DNA of 64,000 nt, taken from the NCBI GenBank assembly GCA_030704615.1, contig CM060732.1, forward strand, positions 16,492,001 to 16,556,000, written 5' to 3'. Under the pieces are notes generated by a model. The model saw only the letters and a program-made list of their open reading frames with translations, was not told where the DNA came from and ran no database searches. This DNA comes from Takakia lepidozioides. Taxonomy: Eukaryota > Plantae > Bryophyta. Below, piece after piece: positions 1-13,551 of this stretch (the stretch's first letter is position 1; each line of letters begins with the position of its first letter). The position numbers and the translations under genes were made by a program.

Positions 1-480
1 GGATAGAAGGTGCATTTGGCGGGCAAATGAAGTCCCCAACAGCCCTGTATATGACGCTGTCCGATGGTGGAACTCGCCATTCCCTGCCATCGCCGAAATC
101 ATCGTGGAGCACAACAATACTCTCGACAACAACGCCGTTTGAGTCCTTCTGCATGGAAATGAAGCTCTATGCTCGTGAGGAGGGCAGTACACTGTAGCGC
201 TCGGGTTTTCCGCCATGGGAGATGTGCACACAAGACTCCCAGGATGGCGTGCCGGCAAGCTCTCTGGTAGAAGGGGGATGTAGCGACGGGAAGGAATGCG
301 GTGCCGATTTGTCCGAGCGACGAAGCCTGATCCAAATCCAGGGAGCCAACTATCTCAAAAATCCACAGTCGGAGTGTTAATGAACCTTGTCTCAGGAATG
401 CGGCCCCTGGTCTTTGCGCAATAACTGCCAACGGTATGCAGTCAGAAAGTGGGGGGCCGTCCGGATGATGTCGGCTGAAG
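1..480 (-). pseudogene. N-terminal fragment of GCM/MULE transposase
   Basis: Minus strand reads IVVLHDDFGDGREWRVPPSDSVIYRAVG, aligning to IVVLGNDGGCGIKWHVPPSDTILYQAVG in the 49049-49987 ORF. Upper boundary is approximate. Confidence 0.65.
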
Positions 481-499
481 GGGAGAAGCCGGCACCGTG

Positions 500-2300
500 C
501 CGTCACATTACTACCCCCGGATGAAAATTCGGCACCGAATATCTAGCAGGGGCCGCACGTATGAAGTCGCCTCAGGCAGAGAGGCCGGAACCTGTCCGAC
601 AGAGAACAACCCCCGGATGGAAATTCAGCGCCGAATTTCCATTCGGATCCCCCCAAAGGAAGTCGTGTCGGGGGGTCAGGCCGAAAACTGGCCGACATAA
701 TTTCCATCCGAGGCCGTTCGGATGCAGTCGGCTCGGGGAAAGGCCGCCACCTGGCCCTCACATTACAGCCCCCGGACGGAAATTCGGCACCGAATATCCA
801 ACAGGGGAAGCCCGGATGAAGTCGCCTCAGGGGTAGAGGCCGGCGTGTGTTCGACAGAGAGTATCCCCTGGATGGAGATTCAGCGCCGAATTTTCATCCG
901 GGCCCCCCCAAACGAAGTCATGTCGGGGGGGCAGGCTGAAAACTGGCCGACATAAAAACCTCCCCAGATGGGAAAACGGCGCCGAATTTCCATCCGGGGC
1001 CGTTCGGATGCAGTTGGGGAGGGGGGAGAGGCCGGCACCTGGCCGTCACATTTCAACCCCCGGACAGAAATTCGGCACCAAATATCCAACAGGGGACGCC
1101 CGGATGAAGTCGCCTCGGGCGGAGAGGCCGGCACCTGTCCGACAGAGACCATCCCCCGGATGGAAATTCGGCGCCGAATTTCCATTTGGGCCCCCTCAAA
1201 GGAAGTCGGGTCGGGTGGTGAGGCCCAATACTGGAAAATATAAAAACCTCCCAGGATGGAAAAACGGCGCCGAATTTCTGTCCGAGGCCGTTCGGATTTC
1301 CCTGTAGCAGTCAAGGATTCCATGAAAAACGTGGACTTCAGCCACAAAACTAACACTTTAGTTTGTTTTTCTCCGAAAAACCAAGCGGCCACGCTCACAA
1401 TTACCTGCAGGAAGGTAATTCGGCGCTTCGACTTACCTGGCGAATGGAAATTCGGCGCCGAATTTCCATCCGCCAGCGATCCGAGTTACCTGCTGGATGG
1501 AAATTCGGCGCCGAATTTCCATCCTGATCCGCTCCGAATTACCTGCATGATGGAAATTTTGCGCGCCGCCCTACCTGCCGGATGGAAATTCGGCGCCGAA
1601 TTTCCATCCATCCGCTCTCCGACCAACCTGGCGGATGGAAATCTGGCGCCGGATTTCCATCCATCCGCTCCGAATTACTTGCGTGGCGGAAATTTCGCGC
1701 GCCGCCCTACCTGACAGGATGGAAATCCGGCGCCGGATTTCCATCCATCCGGCTTCGACCAACCTGCGTGGCGGAAATTTCGCGCGCCGCCCTTCCTGGC
1801 AGGATGGAAATCCGGCGCCGAATTTCCATCCATCCGCTCTCCGACCAACCTGCGTAGCGGAAATTTCACGCGCCGCCCTACTTGACAGGATGGAAATCCG
1901 GCGCCGGATTTCCATCCATCCGGCTCCGAATTACCTGCGTGGCGGAAGTTTTGCACGCCGCCCTTCCTGGCAGGATGGAAATCCGGCGCCGAATTTCCAT
2001 CCATCCGCTCTCCGACCATTCTGGCGGATGGAAATCCGGCGCCGGATTTCCATCCATCCGCTCCAAATTACCTGCGTGGCGAAAATTTCGCGCGCCGCCC
2101 TACCTGACAGGATGGAAATCCGGCTCCGAATTACCTGCGTGACGGTAATTTCGCGCGACGCCTTACCTTGGCAGGATGGAAATTCGGCACTGAATTTCCA
2201 TCCTGCTGCTCTCCGAATTACCTGCATGATGGAAATCCAGCGCCGGAATTCTATTCTGTTGCGCTTCGAATTACCTCTACGTTGGAAATTCCGGGCCGAG
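500..2300. repeat. Tandem arrays built on the palindrome GGATGGAAATTCGGCGCCGAATTTCCATCC and variants
   Basis: Longer composite units at 500-1300 and shorter units at 1440-2260, each centred on CGGCGCCG. Lies between the divergent transposase and cargo genes. Confidence 0.9.
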
Positions 2301-2512
2301 TTGCGTCATATTTCATCCGACAGGGAGGGCTTTATCCGACATTTAATTGCGTAGTTGGGCATTAAATGTCCACCGCCGTCCGTTTTTATTCGGGCTGGCG
2401 ACACATGGCTTCCTCAATACGTACCCTAAATCTGATGCTAATCTTGGATTAACTTCTATTTGAGGCATGTACCCCAAAAAACTGAGATCTTTTTCCATTT
2501 TGGCTGGGACTT

Positions 2513-5500
2513 ATGTCGCCTGAAGGGCGTGGCTCTCCTGAGAGAGACCGCACATCCAGACCGCGGCGGAAGTTGAAAGCTTTGTACTACGGACGACGGC
2601 CAATCTCTCGCATGGCCAAACTTAAGCTCCAGCAGGAGATTCCAGTGTCTTGCTCACAACCCGCGCCAACTGAAACCGAGTACTCTCAGGCAAGCCACTT
2701 CTTCTTTCGCTTTGTTCGCTTTCGCTTTTGTTGTTTCGCTTTGTTTTTGCATCTTCATCCTGGCATCGCTGGAAGCGTATGGCTGCATCGCAAAAGCAGC
2801 AGCTGTTGCGAAGAATGATCAAGGTCTGAGTGGTTAAAAATTAAGGAAATCCATGCTGAGCTGAGAAGATGAAGTGCCTTCCAAACATTTCACCCTGTTT
2901 TCCCGTCTTATGGAATTTCTGATCATTTGTTCATCGTGTTTCATATTACCGGTTGAGTGAACCTTAGATAGTTTGCAATGCGTGTGCAAAGCCGGCAGCT
3001 TTGGAGAAGGCTGCTTGTGCATGTCATTCTTAGGCATTGGTTGGATTTGTTTTCATTGTTGTTCCATGGCACTCCATACTTCCTAAACTTGTTTTGTTTT
3101 CATTGTTGTTCCACGATTGTTGCTATGGTGGTTGCGCTGCTCGTTGCGATGCTGGTTTTGGCACCGATGTTGGTTCTGACGATTTTGGGAATGACAGAGT
3201 GACGACGAGCCCGGCACGCTGGTGGTATCATCGACCGCTCCAACTCATCACATGTTTGAATCGCCCAACTTGGGGCGAGAGGGCAAACTTCAACCTTTTG
3301 TTGGTGGACGGGAGGACCTGCAGCGAGGGTACGACAGAATAGGCATTGGGGAGGTTGGTGCAGGCGGCATGGCAGGTGAAGGGCGTGAGGACGTGAGGAC
3401 AGCAGATCCGGCAATGGAGGTTGTTGATGCACATGCAGTAGGGCCCGCCCATGCAAAGAAGAAGAAGAAAGCTAAGCACATGCAATCCCCGGCGAGAGAG
3501 CCGTCACGGGCTGCGGAGGGGGGAGTGAGCAGTGCACGCGAGGGTGTTCCTTCTCCTCAATCAAAGGTGGTCGTCCTGGAGGGCTCCCCTGCTGCTAGCC
3601 CTAGTAAGAAACAGAAAGCCCGTGAGAGGACAAAAGAACAGGCGAGACAGAAGGCTAGCCAGGAGGAAAGAGAAAAGGCCACTAAAGAGGCCAGGGGTGC
3701 CCAAATGACAGATGCCAACGTAAGCGAGGGACGCACAGAGACGGTGGATCCCTCCAAGACACCACAAAGAGGCAGTAACACACCGGTTACACCATCGCGG
3801 ACAAGAGCAGTCCCCGCAATTACCCATACGGTGGAGAGTGGAGGAGAGGAAAGAACACCACAAAGAGCACGGATTGTGCAAGTTCGAGGTGAAGCCGGGG
3901 AGATGGCAGTAGAGACAGGGAGAGTGCTCGAGGTGGTTTTGCCGGTGGTTCACCATGTTGAGGAGGACAACACCGAGCTTTCTGACCAGGATGACATCCT
4001 CCCGGACATCCCCAGGCCCCAAACCCGCAGCATACAGGCTGGATTTGGCGGTCCTGGTGGGCTGCCGGAGAACCCCTCTGCAGCAGACGTCATGTCGGAG
4101 GCGGATATGAAGTTGGCCGCTGCCAAGATGTTGGAGGCAACCCACAACAACATTGGTAGGGTGCTGGGGGGCATGGTGTACCCGGCCAAGCTTCGAATTC
4201 CCCTTTGCCGCTTGGTGTCTTTGCAGGTGGTGAGACCTGCCCTCCCACGCGATATTGACAAGCTGCTATTTTCGGGATGGATATCGAAATGGGTCTGCCG
4301 CGTTTTACGTTTCCATTGAGAACGACCACGGAGCTTCCCGTGCCCACACTTCCGATGAGGTGGACAAATGGGGTCCCCATTGGCAAAGGCAAAATGAGGA
4401 GTTTGAGAGATCGATTGTTACTCATCCTCTTTTCCAGCACTTGTCCGGAACGATGTTTTACGTGTGGGACAGCAATCATCGCCTCCTGGCATGGATGGAG
4501 CACATAGCTGAAGCCCACCCCAACGACCTCGATTGGCATTTCGCCGTGGAGTGTGTTGTGCTGAAGGTTGCGGGGCCCAAAGATCGCAGTCTTCTCAAAG
4601 CTACAATGGCGGACATCAACTCGTAAGTTACAACGCCTCTTGCTTTTGGACCCATCCGATTGTAAGTCATTTCATTGCGAATCCTCATATTTGTTGTAAA
4701 TTCCCATTTCAGAATTGTTTGATGGAAATGTGGCATTGCAGGGTGACTGAGAATGCCTTCATTGCCACCAACTTGTCCCATATGCTCTTCCGAGTGAAGA
4801 ATGTCGGGAAGCAGGGGGTGCAAGAGTTTGCCAATTCGCTCAGTGCCGACCTCCTGCGCAAGTTGGAGGCAAAGGCAGACAGAACCTGGTATAGGCTGAG
4901 CATGGACGCCATGGTGGACTACATATTTTGGGTAAAGCTCCTGACTGTTTTGTTGAGCTAATATGTCTCTCCTCCCCCAATAGAAGAAAAAGTGTTGAGC
5001 AGGATCTCTAATCTTATGTGCGCATTCTTGACAGACAAAAATTCAGCAGGATTTGGCACATGCGCGGAGGTTCTACATGGAGTCAGAGGAGAAGAATCTA
5101 ACCCTCCCGGCACTCGAATCGTATCTCAAAGCTGCGGAGGTGAGGGCCCGCATAAAGTACAAGTCGCGGATGGTAAAGTACGTGGCCATAGCTGATCCCG
5201 CCCTTGGTGCCGACTTTCTGGTGGAGGTGGGGAAGCACTACTCCCGCGCTCTGAAGCCCACGATGACATTGGAGAAGCTCCATCATCTAGCCACATCCTG
5301 TGTGGATGGTGCAGAAAAGGTGATACATTCTTAACCAAATTGTGGTGGCAACAACTCGTTTTTGTGGTGTTTGGCGCTTACGAATATGTTGGGTGGTTGG
5401 ACAGACCCGGTGGCTCCAAATCTGGAATGGTTCCCAAAGTACAAGGGACATGTGGAGCTTCCCCAAACCGGACAAATTGTCTGGCCCCACATTCGACATG

Positions 5501-8500
5501 TGGATGAACCGCATGACATGGTGGTTTCAGGTACTTCCCCACGCTTCATTTGGCGCTTCTACTCTTGTAGGGGGTGGATTCATTATATTTTTTCAGCAAT
5601 GCGATCTGATGGAGAATCTCCACAGGTGACGACGAATGCGCAAGAGCAGCTAGACACACAAGCACATCAGTTCAAGATGGAGATTTCTCCTGCAGCAGAG
5701 AGCCTACGCGACTATGTGATGAGGTACTTTCTGCTCTACAAAACCGACCTATTCTTTCGGGAGATACCACATGCCCGCCGGAGCCACGAGTTCACCGACC
5801 AGCCGAACGCGGACAAAGCAGCAATGCGCCTTCTGTACAGGTACATACGCGATGCCTTCCTTACAGTCCTTGCATTTTTCGCCGAATTTCCAGATCAGGG
5901 CAAAAATGGCTAAGTCCCTAGGGTGCCTGGCCCTGAACTGGAAATTCGGCGCCATTTTTCCAGGTTAAGGCCATATTACCGTTCTGGGACTTAGCCATTT
6001 TCGGGCCGAAAATGGGAAAATGGCGCCGAATTTCCAGTTCAGGGCTCCGAAAATGGCTAAGTCCCTAGGGTGGCTGGCCCTGAACTGGAAATTCGGCGCC
6101 ATTTTTCCAGTTCTGGACCCTATTGCCCTTGTGGGACAGCCATTTTCGGGCCGGACCTGGGAAAATGGCGCCGAATTTCCAGTCAAGGCTCCGAAAATGG
6201 CTAAGTCCCTAGGGTGGCTGGCCCTGAACTGGAAATTCGGCGCCATTTTTCCAGTTCTGGGCCCTATTGCCCTTGTGGGACTTACCCATATTCAGGCCGG
6301 ACCTGGGAAAATGGCGCCGAATTTCCAGTCAGGGCTCCGAAAATGGCTAAGTCCCTAGGGTGGCTGGCCCTGAACTGGAAATTCGGCGCCATTTTTCCAG
6401 TTCTGGGCCCTATTGCCGTTCTGGGACATAGCCATTTTTGGGCCGGACCTGGGAAAATGGCGCCGAATTTCCAGTCAGGGCTCCGAAAATGGCAAAGTCC
6501 GTAGGGTGGCTGGCCCTGAACTGGAAATTCGGCGCCATTTTTCCATTTCTAGGCCCTATTGCCGTTCTGGGACTTAGCCATCTTCGGGCCAAACCGGGAA
6601 AAATGGCGCCAAATTTCCAGTTCAGGGCTCCCAAGATGGCTAAGTCCCTAGGGTGGCAGTCACTGAAAACCGAAATTCGGCGTTATTTTTCCATTTCTAG
6701 GCCCACTCAGATCCGCCCCAACCTGGGAAAATGGTGCCGAATTTGCAGTTCAGGGACCTCATTGTGTTTTTCATGAATGCAGGTACTGCAAGTTCTCCCT
6801 TTTGGAGAAAGGTCATCTGTCTTTTGAGCCACCATTCTTCCTGGCATGGAGGAACCCTGGGGCTGACTCCATGTACACTGACGATATTGTGAAGGAGTGG
6901 CATCTGGAACATTTGCGTGATTGCCCTTGGTATGTGGACCTTCCGCCCGGCATGCTCGACCCATCCGAGTTTCAATTGAAGCTGGATGCTGAGGCCCGAC
7001 GAAACCGGGCTCCGCTGCCTCCGCTGGGTGCAAAAGAGGCAAAAGCGCTTGCGAACTCCAGGAAAGCGGCAGAGCTTGCTCAGGCAGGAATTCAGGAGAA
7101 ATTGAATGAGAAGAGTAAAGGCCAAAGGAAAAAGACAAGGAAACAGGTGAGTGCAGTACCACCCAAAAAACAAAATACCATCGGGGCATCGGAGCAGGCG
7201 CAGGAGGGGATCCAATAGAGTGACTCGGACGACGACTTTGTTCAAGGTCATGCGACTGTTGTTGCTGCTACCTAGTCACCGGTCGTCCGGGTTCCCAAGT
7301 CAGTTTGGAGTGGGACTGGCTCTGCCAAGAAGTTGGCATTTGAGGGCAAGCCTACCTGGCGGTATTCGGCGGTGACGTTTACGCACAGGCCAAAGCTAGA
7401 ACCTCCAACCATCATCCAATGCATCAATGAGAGCTTCCTTGACGCTCTCGCTGCCAGGGCAAAGAAGGTGGCACACAGCGAGTCTCTGACGGAGCAGAAG
7501 GGGAAAGCCAAGAAGAGGGCTGCCAGTACAGAGCCTAAAGACACCCCTGGTTTTGAAGCCATTATGGAATTCTTCACGGCTGTGAGCACGGATTGCAAGA
7601 GCACTCGGGGGGGGGGTTGAGGTGGAAAGAGCTTGCGACATGATTTTCCTCGACATTCCAGATGGGAGGTGTGCCCACCTGGAACAGATTTATTGAGGAC
7701 TACTGGAAAGTCGGGTTTGGGCTGGCGGGGATGCTTCTGGATGACGGTGGATGTGTGGTTGTCCTTGCCACAAGAGGGAAGACCACAGAGAATGCGGTGG
7801 CAAGGTGGACACCGAAAAGTGTCACCCCGGTCCTCCTCAGAAAATGGTTCTGCATCAATACACAGGGGTTGCGAACAGAGGGCCAAAGTGTAAGTTATCA
7901 ATCTATTGCATTCACCTCATATTGTGGTGTATCTAAACAAGATCCCGGAGATGATCCCTATTTTGTTGGATGTGCAGACATTGGTGTTTGAGGCATATTG
8001 CTTTGTGAAGAGAGGGTCTACGTTCAAATTCCGCAACGACGGTCGTCTTGTTGATGCCGTTGTGGACCCTGTTACCTACGATGTCCTCTACAACTACAGT
8101 ATGCCGAAGGACACAAAGACAGGCAAACCGTGGCGGTACAGCCGGACCCGGAGCCCTGCTTTCATCCAAACCCTCATGGAGACGTGCTCGGATGTCCAAG
8201 GGCGGATTCTGGACCTCACATGCGGCACGGGTAAGCCTTCACGTGCTCAGTTTGTCCCCTGGGCCGATTGCAATTGCATGCCGCAAGCTATTAACCGCCC
8301 GCTTTGTTCCTCAGGTGCTTCAATGTGGGCAAGGACGTTGTCCGACAGGCATGTGTTTGCCTTCGAGCCAGAACTGCCCTCCACAACTCGGAACTTGCAG
8401 CGGCTGAACGTCTGCCAAAAGAGGAAGAGACATCCTCGGAGGATGAGGAAAAATCCGAGAAGGAGCAGGGGGAGGAACAAGTTGGGATCGAGGCCGAGGA

Positions 8501-9104
8501 GCCCCCGGTGTACGAGTGAGTGGTCGCATTGTAAGTTGCCTCCAGATTTCGTGAGGCACCTCCCTTCGCTCTCTTATTTCATTGAAAACCCTTTCTGCTT
8601 CTGCTGGTATTGACATTCTTGAAGTGGATTTGTTCTTACTGTAGGATGCCAAGTACGGCAGGAGGGACATCTACACCGGAGTTCATGGGCAGGAGGAACG
8701 TGCCTTTTTTTGCCAGGGGGGATTTCATGCCTAGTCCAGAAAGGGACTACATCCTTCCTACTTATGCTGCCCGGCTTGCTTCGGTGTCCATTAGGAGGTG
8801 TTCCGAACCTAGTCGTGTACAGCAGATTTTAGACGAGGCAAGCCTCAAGAAAATGAAGATGAGGGAGGAGGCAGCAGCTATTAGAGCCCGTCGGGCTCGT
8901 AGATTTGTGTTGGATTCTGCTGAGGAAAGTGGGGGGGAAGAGGCAGAAGATTCCTAGGAGGTGAGGTGGACAGTCCCCCAAGGAGAGGATGGCATTTTTG
9001 AGAGGCATACTGCAACCGATGCATCACAGAGCTCGGAGGATGGGGGGGATGAGGGGGATGAGGAAGAAGGAGGGCCAAGTTCCTCGGAAGGTGTAGGAGA
9101 GTAG
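2513..9104 (+). pseudogene. Multi-exon ParB/Srx-like domain + beta-class amino-DNA-methyltransferase-like gene (frameshifted), copy A
   Basis: Basic first exon RPRRKLKALYYGRR. ParB-like VRPALPRDIDKL...YVWDSNHRLLAW (4200-4622). Motif IV-like DMIFLDIPDG (~7637-7666). Motif X-I-like RSPAFIQTLMETCSDVQGRILDLTCGTG (~8150-8230), then RHVFAFE. GT-AG introns sit at positions shared with the other copies. Confidence 0.75.
5870..6760. repeat. ~146-bp tandem repeat (about 6 units) inside the intron 5841-6782 of the cargo gene
   Basis: The GTCCCTAGGG marker (one variant) recurs at 5914, 6061, 6205, 6351, 6497 and 6644. Each unit carries inverted GGAAATTCGGCGCCATTTT / AAAATGGCGCCGAATTTCC sites. Confidence 0.9.
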
Positions 9105-10242
9105 TTCCCATTCCTACTATGACAGTTAGGACACACTTGTATAGACGTGGCTTGCCACCAAATTTGCAATAAAATGTTGCATTTCATTGCTATGACGAGT
9201 CCACATGACCCTATTTCCGTGCCTCCTAACCCTATTTCCGTGGACACAATTCGGCGCGCTCATGCTTTTTTTTTTTCCGCTCATGCTCATGCCGCTCATG
9301 AAATAGCAGCCCCCCTTTGCAGGTGGTGATCTGCAGCAACCATTTGATGATGCAGGATGAAGTGGACGTGGCTTTGACCCATCTGCACTTGTGGCTCAGA
9401 AGTTGTTGACTTGGCACCAGAAGAAAAGTGGGGTCAAAAGCCTCAGAAACTCATAACCAGGTGGGTGAGACAACAACTTCTCCTGTTGCAGCAGTTGATT
9501 GCCTTTGATATGAATGGTGGTATTCCAAGTGCTGAATTGGTTCCAATGAAGTGGGGACGACGACTGTGGGAGAGGAGAGTGGAGATCCCACTTTGAATGG
9601 AGTATGGAAGAGTGGTAGCATTCAGTGGTTATGCTGCTTATATGGCGTGCTTGTTTAACTAGGATGTAGCATTTGTTCAGAAGGTGAACTTTTGAAGTAG
9701 TAGATGTGGTGCAGCTGGGCATAGTTTTCCCCAGACCTTGAGCCCTCGAGTTGCTCATTTCCATTGCTCCCTTGATTTTGGTTGGATGATCATGTGACAT
9801 CTTCACAAATCAGGAGGTATTATTAAAGAAAATTAAAGACATATTTTTCTAATCAGACCTCTCAGCTAGCGCCCTATTCCGGTGTGACTGGTGCGGAAAT
9901 GGCAGCCCATGAGAGGGAGAGAGAGAGGGATGGGGGTTTGAGAGATGAATGTGGGGTGTAGCCATGGCTCAATGAAGATAAGAGGAGGGCAGCACTGGCA
10001 GAGAAGCATCTACGTAGGGCTGCTGCTCGCACCACCAGAGCTCCGTGACTCAAGGTTTAAAGGTATGTGCAAATCTCTCTTCTCCTTTGTTTGTGGACGG
10101 AGGAACTATCCCACTGAACATGCCAAAAAATGCTGACAGAGCACACACTCTCTAGGGGTGGCAATCTCGTACATTTTATGATAGTCCAGTCACCCAAATG
10201 ACAAACAATCATTTGACCACGTTGCTCTATTTCACTTGCCAG

Positions 10243-10252
10243 GTATCCTGTG
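10243..10252. repeat. Left 10-bp target-site duplication GTATCCTGTG of element B
   Basis: Identical to 17739-17748 and abuts the terminus GGGGGTTGCTATTCCATGAGC. Confidence 0.9.
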
Positions 10253-10509
10253 GGGGGTTGCTATTCCATGAGCTCATGAGCGGTGAGCTCATGAGCTCAT
10301 GAGCGGGCATGGCTCACCCATGAGCCGCAAAGTAACACACTTCGAATTTCGGCAGATTTTTTTCAGGCCCAAAACTATAAAATAATCAAAAATCGAAGAT
10401 TTCCGCGCTCATGCTGGAAGCACTCCGCTCATGAGTACCAGTGTACGCTCATGACTTGGAGCCCAGGCTCATGGACCGCTAGGCCAGGTCATAGAAAAAC
10501 TGAATTCTG

Positions 10510-10975
10510 GGCAATAACGGCACCGAAATTATCCCAGAGGCAGAGACGCAAGCGGAATTAGGATCCGGGTTTGCAGACTCCGAAAACGCAATGGCGACCT
10601 ATAACCGTGGATAGTACTGTTGCAGAAGTGCATGATGGTTGGGTATAACGGCGCCGTAATTGGGCACAGGAAAAGAAATAGCCGGCTGAAGGCTCGGGAG
10701 TGAAGCCAACAACGTTGAAAGTAATTGGGCTCCACCAACCAAATACCCGGAGTGCAGGCGATAACGGCGCCGAAATGGGCCCCGAAAACCAAATACTCGG
10801 TTGAAGCCACCGGAGTGCAGCCGATAACGGCGCCGAAATTGGGTCCAGAAACCAAATACCCGGCTGAAGGCTAGGGATTGCAACCAATAACGGCGCCGAA
10901 ATTGACCTGCGGAAACAAAATTCTCGGCTGAAGCTTCCGCACTCCATCCAATAACGGCGCCAAAATTGGGCTCCG
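10510..10975. repeat. Subterminal ~63-bp spaced repeats with ATAACGGCGCCGAAATT core
   Basis: Core recurs at about 10514, 10646, 10761, 10824, 10887 and 10951. Confidence 0.8.
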
Positions 10976-11040
10976 GAGAGCAAATACCCGCCTTACGGTA
11001 AGGGAGGCCTTGCTCTCATTTTGCTCTTCACTCTTCTCTG

Positions 11041-11640
11041 TTGTGCCCATCTCCTCCCTGCTTTGAGTTTGTGCTATGTCGTGAGGCCATGTTGTGCCCG
11101 AATCACATCTATCGACGCCAGACGGGAGTCATTTTCCCGAAAGCACACGACATCATTGTTTTCCTGGATGTTTACAGGGACGATCCTCGACTTGTCCAGC
11201 TGAGAGCAATGGAGTTTCTTCCAGGATTGCACGATTCTCCTGGACCCCGGCTGGGGAGCAGGTGGTTCCTACGCATCATGGACCTGGACTTTCCGCATGA
11301 GTGGGAGCCGAACAGATCACGCACAGCGTTGCTGTATCGCTGGAATTGTTGCGAGTGGACGTATGATGAGTGCATAGGTGAAAACTTTACGCGTGGACGG
11401 ACTGGCTCGGAAAGTGGGGACATTCTCTTCAGTTATGAGGATGAGGAGGAGGGGAACACAGGGCCCACTGTGAAAATGTCCTTCTACCAAGGGGGCGCTA
11501 TCGATAAACACGACATCCTCGTTAGTTTCAACCGGGCGACAGAAACCACTGACATTTTGTTCAAATATAGGCACCCGGTCACTCAGGAGGTCCTTGAGAG
11601 GCCAGTTAGAGTTCCTTCTTCTTGGGCGAGGGGACCATAG
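11041..11640 (+). CDS. Hypothetical protein or terminal exon carried inside element B (199 aa ORF)
   Basis: Uninterrupted ORF with globular-protein-like composition. No recognised domain and no homologue elsewhere in the window. Confidence 0.35.
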   Translation: MCPSPPCFEFVLCREAMLCPNHIYRRQTGVIFPKAHDIIVFLDVYRDDPRLVQLRAMEFLPGLHDSPGPRLGSRWFLRIMDLDFPHEWEPNRSRTALLYRWNCCEWTYDECIGENFTRGRTGSESGDILFSYEDEEEGNTGPTVKMSFYQGGAIDKHDILVSFNRATETTDILFKYRHPVTQEVLERPVRVPSSWARGP

Positions 11641-12323
11641 GTCTTGCATGCTAGAGTAGACATGTTTCGACTCGCCGACACTCATGGCACATACATTTTC
11701 ATTCAGAAATCAAGCAGCTTCCCTGTGCCATATGGGGAATATACATGCTTGGATAATCTTCTGTTAAGGTTTTTTGCAATTCACTGCCAGTATGCTGGGA
11801 CGTGTCCTTTGTCGTATGGATTGCTGTTTGCACAAGGTGCAGTATGCAAATGCTGGAATGTGCAATAGGACCCTTCCCACTGGGACACAGAACTAGCAAT
11901 CTTGTAAAGGCATCACATTTGCAGAACAGTAACAATGTTTTTTTAGCAAATTGGAGTCTTCTCATAAAGGTGGACGAAAACGCCAGGATGGGCTGCGAAA
12001 TCACTACAAATTGAATGAAGAGCAGTAACAAGGAAGCACTATGCAGTACATAGACCATAAACGGCGCTGAAATAGGCCTCAATGCCCGTTAATCTCCACA
12101 CAATGTATGCTTTACTCGGATCCATTTGTAGACAACCAAAATAAAAAAAACATGCGCATGCCATTCATGGCCAAAAACCACATTCTCATGTATTGCGGCA
12201 CCGAAATTCACATGTAGCCATGGCGATGCGGCACCACCAAGTGTATAATTCCTCACAAAAAAATAGGGTGCAAGAAGATGAATGTAATATAATTGCCACT
12301 TTCTCCTTCCCGAATGTGGAATG

Positions 12324-12743
12324 TCAAGCAGTCCGACTAGTGTCCTGCCGTAGGGCCTTGTGCAGCTCGTTGAAACTCAGTGTTGGAGCATGGATGAAGA
12401 CGTCCACTGCGGATATGCAGCTCATGCGCTTCAGAAAAATGTAATAAAGGTGTTTGCAGGGGACGTATGTTGCATTCTTCGATTCCATAACAAGGAAGTC
12501 CTCACAGTTGCAAGCTGGGTACTGTGAAACCGTGATTGTATATACGACACTGCGCGCAGCAGACCCGGCTGTTGACAACTGAAATATGCGCCCCATCCTG
12601 GGGTGAGGAACATCCCTGCAACCTTGCACTATGCAGGGCATTGCAAGAGCGTTGGCCATCCTGGTGTCGTTCGCCTTTGTTGGTGGCCGTCGTCTTTTCA
12701 GTTTCCCCCACCGATGGGTGGGCCAAGCTGCGGGGTCACCCAC
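12324..12743 (-). pseudogene. C-terminal SWIM zinc-finger fragment of the family transposase
   Basis: YTITVSQYPACNCEDF...VPCKHLYYIF (CxC-xn-CxH). Aligns with 46166-46560 (PTHRWGKPKRRRPP...CNCTDF...CPCKHLYY). Confidence 0.8.
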
Positions 12744-13119
12744 CGGTATGCGGGGCGAAGAGCTTCTCGTGGGAGGAGGATGACGACTGGGAATTGGATT
12801 TCGTGGAACGTATTTTAGCTTTCAGAGAATCAGGATGGAAGTACACGTTTACCCAAACACGGGAGTCCATGTTGAAGACGGGACCTCTCGGTACGCTCCG
12901 CAGCGAAGTCCTGCAGTGAGAAGAGTGTGTCCTACCTAATAACACAAATGATTTTCTGGAGGATTCCGCATCCAACAGGATGGGTGATCGGTGCACGTAA
13001 AGATGAAGGTATGTAACGTACGTTACAAAAACGGACGACAACAGCAAGTTCACATCGGATATTTGGTGCCTGAATTGTAATGTACAACCACTTGGGCTAC
13101 AATAAATCAGGCCTTCCCA

Positions 13120-13520
13120 TGAATTTCGGCACCGAAATCTGGATGAACATCTCTGTCATGTAACAACTTTGGAAGCCAGGGGATGAATTCCGGCGACAGA
13201 AATAGTAATTTGTTCACCTCATGAAACTAACCAAGCACCCAACGGATGGATTTCGGTGCCGAAATTCGGATGAACATCTTCTTCATCAAATTGTTTCTGC
13301 ACATGAGGGTTGAATTTGGATGCCAAAATACGGATGAATGTGTTCCTGATTACAGTCGTGATTCACCACGTGTCCGGATATCAGTGCTGACATCCGAATG
13401 ACAGTAATCCTGAATCGGCAGAATGGATGTATTTCGGCCCCGAAATTCATTCTTCATCTCCTTTTCCGACCCTAATTCTGCGGCCCTGCGGATGGATTTC
13501 AGTGCCAAATTCATCTGAAG

Positions 13521-13551
<31 letters not shown>

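Larger units (their letters stand above)
1..9314. mobile_element. Copy A of the Mutator-like ParB-MTase-carrying transposon (right part; left end lies outside the window)
   Basis: Transposase N-terminal fragment on - (1-480), palindrome arrays (500-2300), ParB-MTase gene on + (2513-9104). Ends in GCTCATGAAATAGCAGCCCCC (to 9314), which matches the termini at 10253, 17738, 29960, 45315, 53885 and 57956. Confidence 0.75.

Noticed and set aside
497-2365. Many ORFs with MEIRRRISI / WKFGAEFP peptides (also in the other arrays)
   Set aside because: These are translations of palindromic DNA repeats, appearing on both strands and in all frames; not protein-coding evidence.
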